From contig CAJIZG010000005.1 of assembly GCA_905181865.1 (NCBI GenBank), positions 414,705-478,704 on the forward strand: a stretch of 64,000 bases of DNA. The letters run 5' to 3'. The notes under the pieces are model-generated. The model worked only from the letters and a program-made list of their open reading frames with translations, did not search any database and was not told the origin of the DNA. The DNA comes from Urechidicola croceus. GTDB lineage: Bacteria > Bacteroidota > Bacteroidia > Flavobacteriales > Flavobacteriaceae. This document shows, piece after piece, positions 61,663-64,000 of the stretch (positions within the stretch are counted from its first letter, which is position 1; each line of letters opens with the position of its first letter). A program made the position numbers and the translations under genes.

Positions 61663-63786
61663 ATGTCTAGAATATTAATTACCCTTATTATAACTATACT
61701 TATCATTTCAAGTTGTAAAAGTGAAACTAAAGATGCGAATATGGAAGAGCATAAGTATACGAATGATTTAATTCATGAAACGAGTCCGTATTTGTTGCAA
61801 CACGCTCATAACCCTGTAGATTGGAAACCATGGAAGCAAGAAACATTAGATTTAGCAAAAAAAGAGAATAAATTAATTATTATTTCTGTGGGATATGCTG
61901 CTTGTCACTGGTGTCATGTTATGGAGCACGAGAGTTTTGAAAATGATTCTGTGGCAAAGATTATGAATGACAATTTTATCAGTATAAAAGTAGATAGAGA
62001 AGAACGCCCAGATGTGGATCAGGTATATATGAATGCTGTACAATTGATGACGGGAACTGGCGGTTGGCCGTTGAACTGTATTACGTTACCCGATGGTAGG
62101 CCTATTTTTGGAGGAACTTATTTTGAAAAAGAAAAATGGATAAGTTTGCTGAATCAACTTTCAACGCTTTATAAAGAACAACCTGAAAAAGCGATAGAAT
62201 ATGCAGAAAAACTTACAGAGGGTATTCAGAATTCCGAGTTAATTACCTTGAATTCTACCGAGGCAGTTTTTACTACGGTAGAAATTAAAAAGAATGTAGA
62301 CGCTTGGACTGAAATCATGGATTTTGAATTAGGAGGAACGACTGCTTCACAAAAATTTCCGACACCTACTAATTATCATTTTTTATTGCGTTACGGCTTT
62401 CAATCTAAGAATGAAAGAATAAATGAATACACAAATACCACGCTGACAAAAATGGCTTATGGCGGACTCTATGATCAAATTGGAGGAGGTTTTTCTAGGT
62501 ATTCGGTGGATAAAAAATGGCATGTCCCACATTTCGAAAAAATGTTATATGATAATGGGCAATTGGTTAGTTTGTATTCTGATGCCTATTTGATAACCAA
62601 AAATGAGTTGTACCAAAAGACCGTTGAAGAAACACTCACTTTTGTGGAACGTGAATTGATGAGTGAAGAAGGAGGTTTTTATTCTTCGTTAGATGCCGAT
62701 AGTTTGAATGCAGCGGGTGAACTAGAAGAAGGAGCTTATTATGTTTGGACAAAGGCTGAATTAGAAAAAGTTATAGGAAGCGATTTCGAAATATTTCAAG
62801 AGTATTATAATATCAATAAATATGGGTTTTGGGAACATGACAATTATGTGTTGATTAGAAATAAATCCGATAAAGAAATTGCATCGAGGTATGATTTAAC
62901 TGTTGAAAAATTACAAACTAAAGTTGTTTCTTGGAAAGCGAATCTATTAAAAGAACGAGATATAAGGGAACGCCCTCGTTTGGATGATAAAATATTAACG
63001 TCTTTAAATGCATTAATGTTAAAAGGGTATGCAGATGCTTATCGTGTCTTTGAAAATCCTCATTACTTAGAAATAGCCTTAAGGAATGCTCACTTTTTGG
63101 TTGCAAAACTACAACGTGAGGATGGTGGGTTGAATCACAATTATAAAAACGGAAAGAGTAATATCAACGGATATTTAGAAGATTATTCGGCGCTTATTGA
63201 CGCTTTTATAAGTTTGTACGAAGTAACGCTTGATGAGCAATGGTTAATGACCTCAAGGCGACTTGCGGAGTATACTTTTGATCATTTTTACGACACTGAG
63301 AGTGGTATGTTCTTCTTTACCTCTGATGAAGATGATGAATTAATTGCTAGAAAAATGGATGTTTATGATAAAGAAATTCCATCGTCCAATTCCATTATGG
63401 CACGCAGTTTGGCTAAGCTGAGTCATTATTTTTCGAATAATTATTACTTGAAAACAAGTAAACAAATGCTGAATAATGTAAAAGAAAGCATGACGTCATA
63501 TCCTGCAGGTTATTCTAATTGGTTGCAATTAATGAGTGATTTTTCTATCGATTACTATGAAATAGCAGTATCTGGAGAGGATGCGATGTCTAAATTAAAA
63601 AAAATAAATCAAACCTATATACCTAATAAATTAATTGCGGGATCAACAAAGGATAGTTCAATACCATTGATGGAAGGACGTTTTAATGACGATATTACGT
63701 TTATTTATATATGTGTAGATGGAGCCTGTAAATTACCAGAAGAGGAGGTTTCAAAGGCGATAGAGCAACTAAAAGTTCATTATTGA
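61663..63786 (+). CDS. Thioredoxin-domain YyaL/SSP411-family lipoprotein
   Basis: ISSC lipobox, [39 protein letters not shown]. Confidence 0.93.
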   Translation: MSRILITLIITILIISSCKSETKDANMEEHKYTNDLIHETSPYLLQHAHNPVDWKPWKQETLDLAKKENKLIIISVGYAACHWCHVMEHESFENDSVAKIMNDNFISIKVDREERPDVDQVYMNAVQLMTGTGGWPLNCITLPDGRPIFGGTYFEKEKWISLLNQLSTLYKEQPEKAIEYAEKLTEGIQNSELITLNSTEAVFTTVEIKKNVDAWTEIMDFELGGTTASQKFPTPTNYHFLLRYGFQSKNERINEYTNTTLTKMAYGGLYDQIGGGFSRYSVDKKWHVPHFEKMLYDNGQLVSLYSDAYLITKNELYQKTVEETLTFVERELMSEEGGFYSSLDADSLNAAGELEEGAYYVWTKAELEKVIGSDFEIFQEYYNINKYGFWEHDNYVLIRNKSDKEIASRYDLTVEKLQTKVVSWKANLLKERDIRERPRLDDKILTSLNALMLKGYADAYRVFENPHYLEIALRNAHFLVAKLQREDGGLNHNYKNGKSNINGYLEDYSALIDAFISLYEVTLDEQWLMTSRRLAEYTFDHFYDTESGMFFFTSDEDDELIARKMDVYDKEIPSSNSIMARSLAKLSHYFSNNYYLKTSKQMLNNVKESMTSYPAGYSNWLQLMSDFSIDYYEIAVSGEDAMSKLKKINQTYIPNKLIAGSTKDSSIPLMEGRFNDDITFIYICVDGACKLPEEEVSKAIEQLKVHY

Positions 63787-63802
63787 ATAATACCTTAAGA
63801 TA

Positions 63803-64000
63803 ATGACAAAAATCATAACTGCGCTCATTATATCGGTCACCTTACTACATTTTTATTTTATGATTTTAGAAATGTTTCTATAGACAAAACCTCGTGGTTT
63901 GAAAACTTTTGGACTTAAGAAATATTTTGCAGAACAATCAAAAGTATTTGCTGCGAATTAAGTATTGTATAGCGGGTTTTTAGCGGTAGCATTAAGGTAA
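63803..64000 (+). pseudogene. DUF1304 family membrane protein pseudogene (runs to the window edge)
   Basis: LH.Y..ILEMFL*TKP.G.KTFG...FAAN*VLYSGFLA; TAG at 63881-63883 (usual Trp) and TAA (usual Gln). Confidence 0.8.

Noticed and set aside
1893-63106. Numerous short antisense/overlapping ORFs in the track (e.g. 1893-2321, 2487-3014, 11254-11637, 34389-34868, 41133-41513, 47442-47714)
   Set aside because: They lie opposite or within well-supported genes, show Ser/Phe/Ile-rich shadow composition and have no recognisable motifs.
1-64000. CRISPR array, rRNA, prophage or defence system
   Set aside because: No regularly spaced repeats, rRNA-like segments, phage structural genes or defence-family motifs were seen.

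Overview
AT-rich Flavobacteriaceae (Bacteroidota) chromosome, probably marine. Support: TAnnTTTG promoters, a complete Na+-NQR operon, and the alr-tdk, DUF5103-apaG and rsmG/desaturase/aminotransferase neighbourhoods. Housekeeping blocks flank a ~27 kb accessory region starting at tRNA-Gly/tRNA-Leu (~25.2-52.2 kb). Its core is an intact, FadR-regulated sialic-acid catabolic locus: nanA, nanE, two GH33 sialidases and a kelch-mutarotase::Na+/solute symporter fusion. Sandwiched in the same apparent operon are a creatininase-family amidohydrolase, a FAD/Fe-S 2-hydroxy-acid dehydrogenase, an alanine-glyoxylate aminotransferase and a PhyH-type Fe(II)/2OG dioxygenase. A Zn-ADH plus esterase pair, resembling the pair found beside methyl-sugar demethylases, lies next to it. 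Best hypothesis (inference, untested): a pathway for modified sialic acids, N-glycolyl and O-methyl such as echinoderm-type Neu5Gc/8-O-methyl-Neu5Gc, that salvages the glycolyl group to glycine and removes the methyl group oxidatively. A shared palindrome TATGTTA(T/G)ACATA precedes nanA and nanE. The window also shows genome erosion: at least 8 host pseudogenes (mscL, ogt, ybjQ, NCS2 permease, DUF1304 and others), 3 decayed IS elements and one intact IS30, suggesting a host-associated lineage. No CRISPR or rRNA was seen. All product calls come from motif recognition by eye; no database searches were run.
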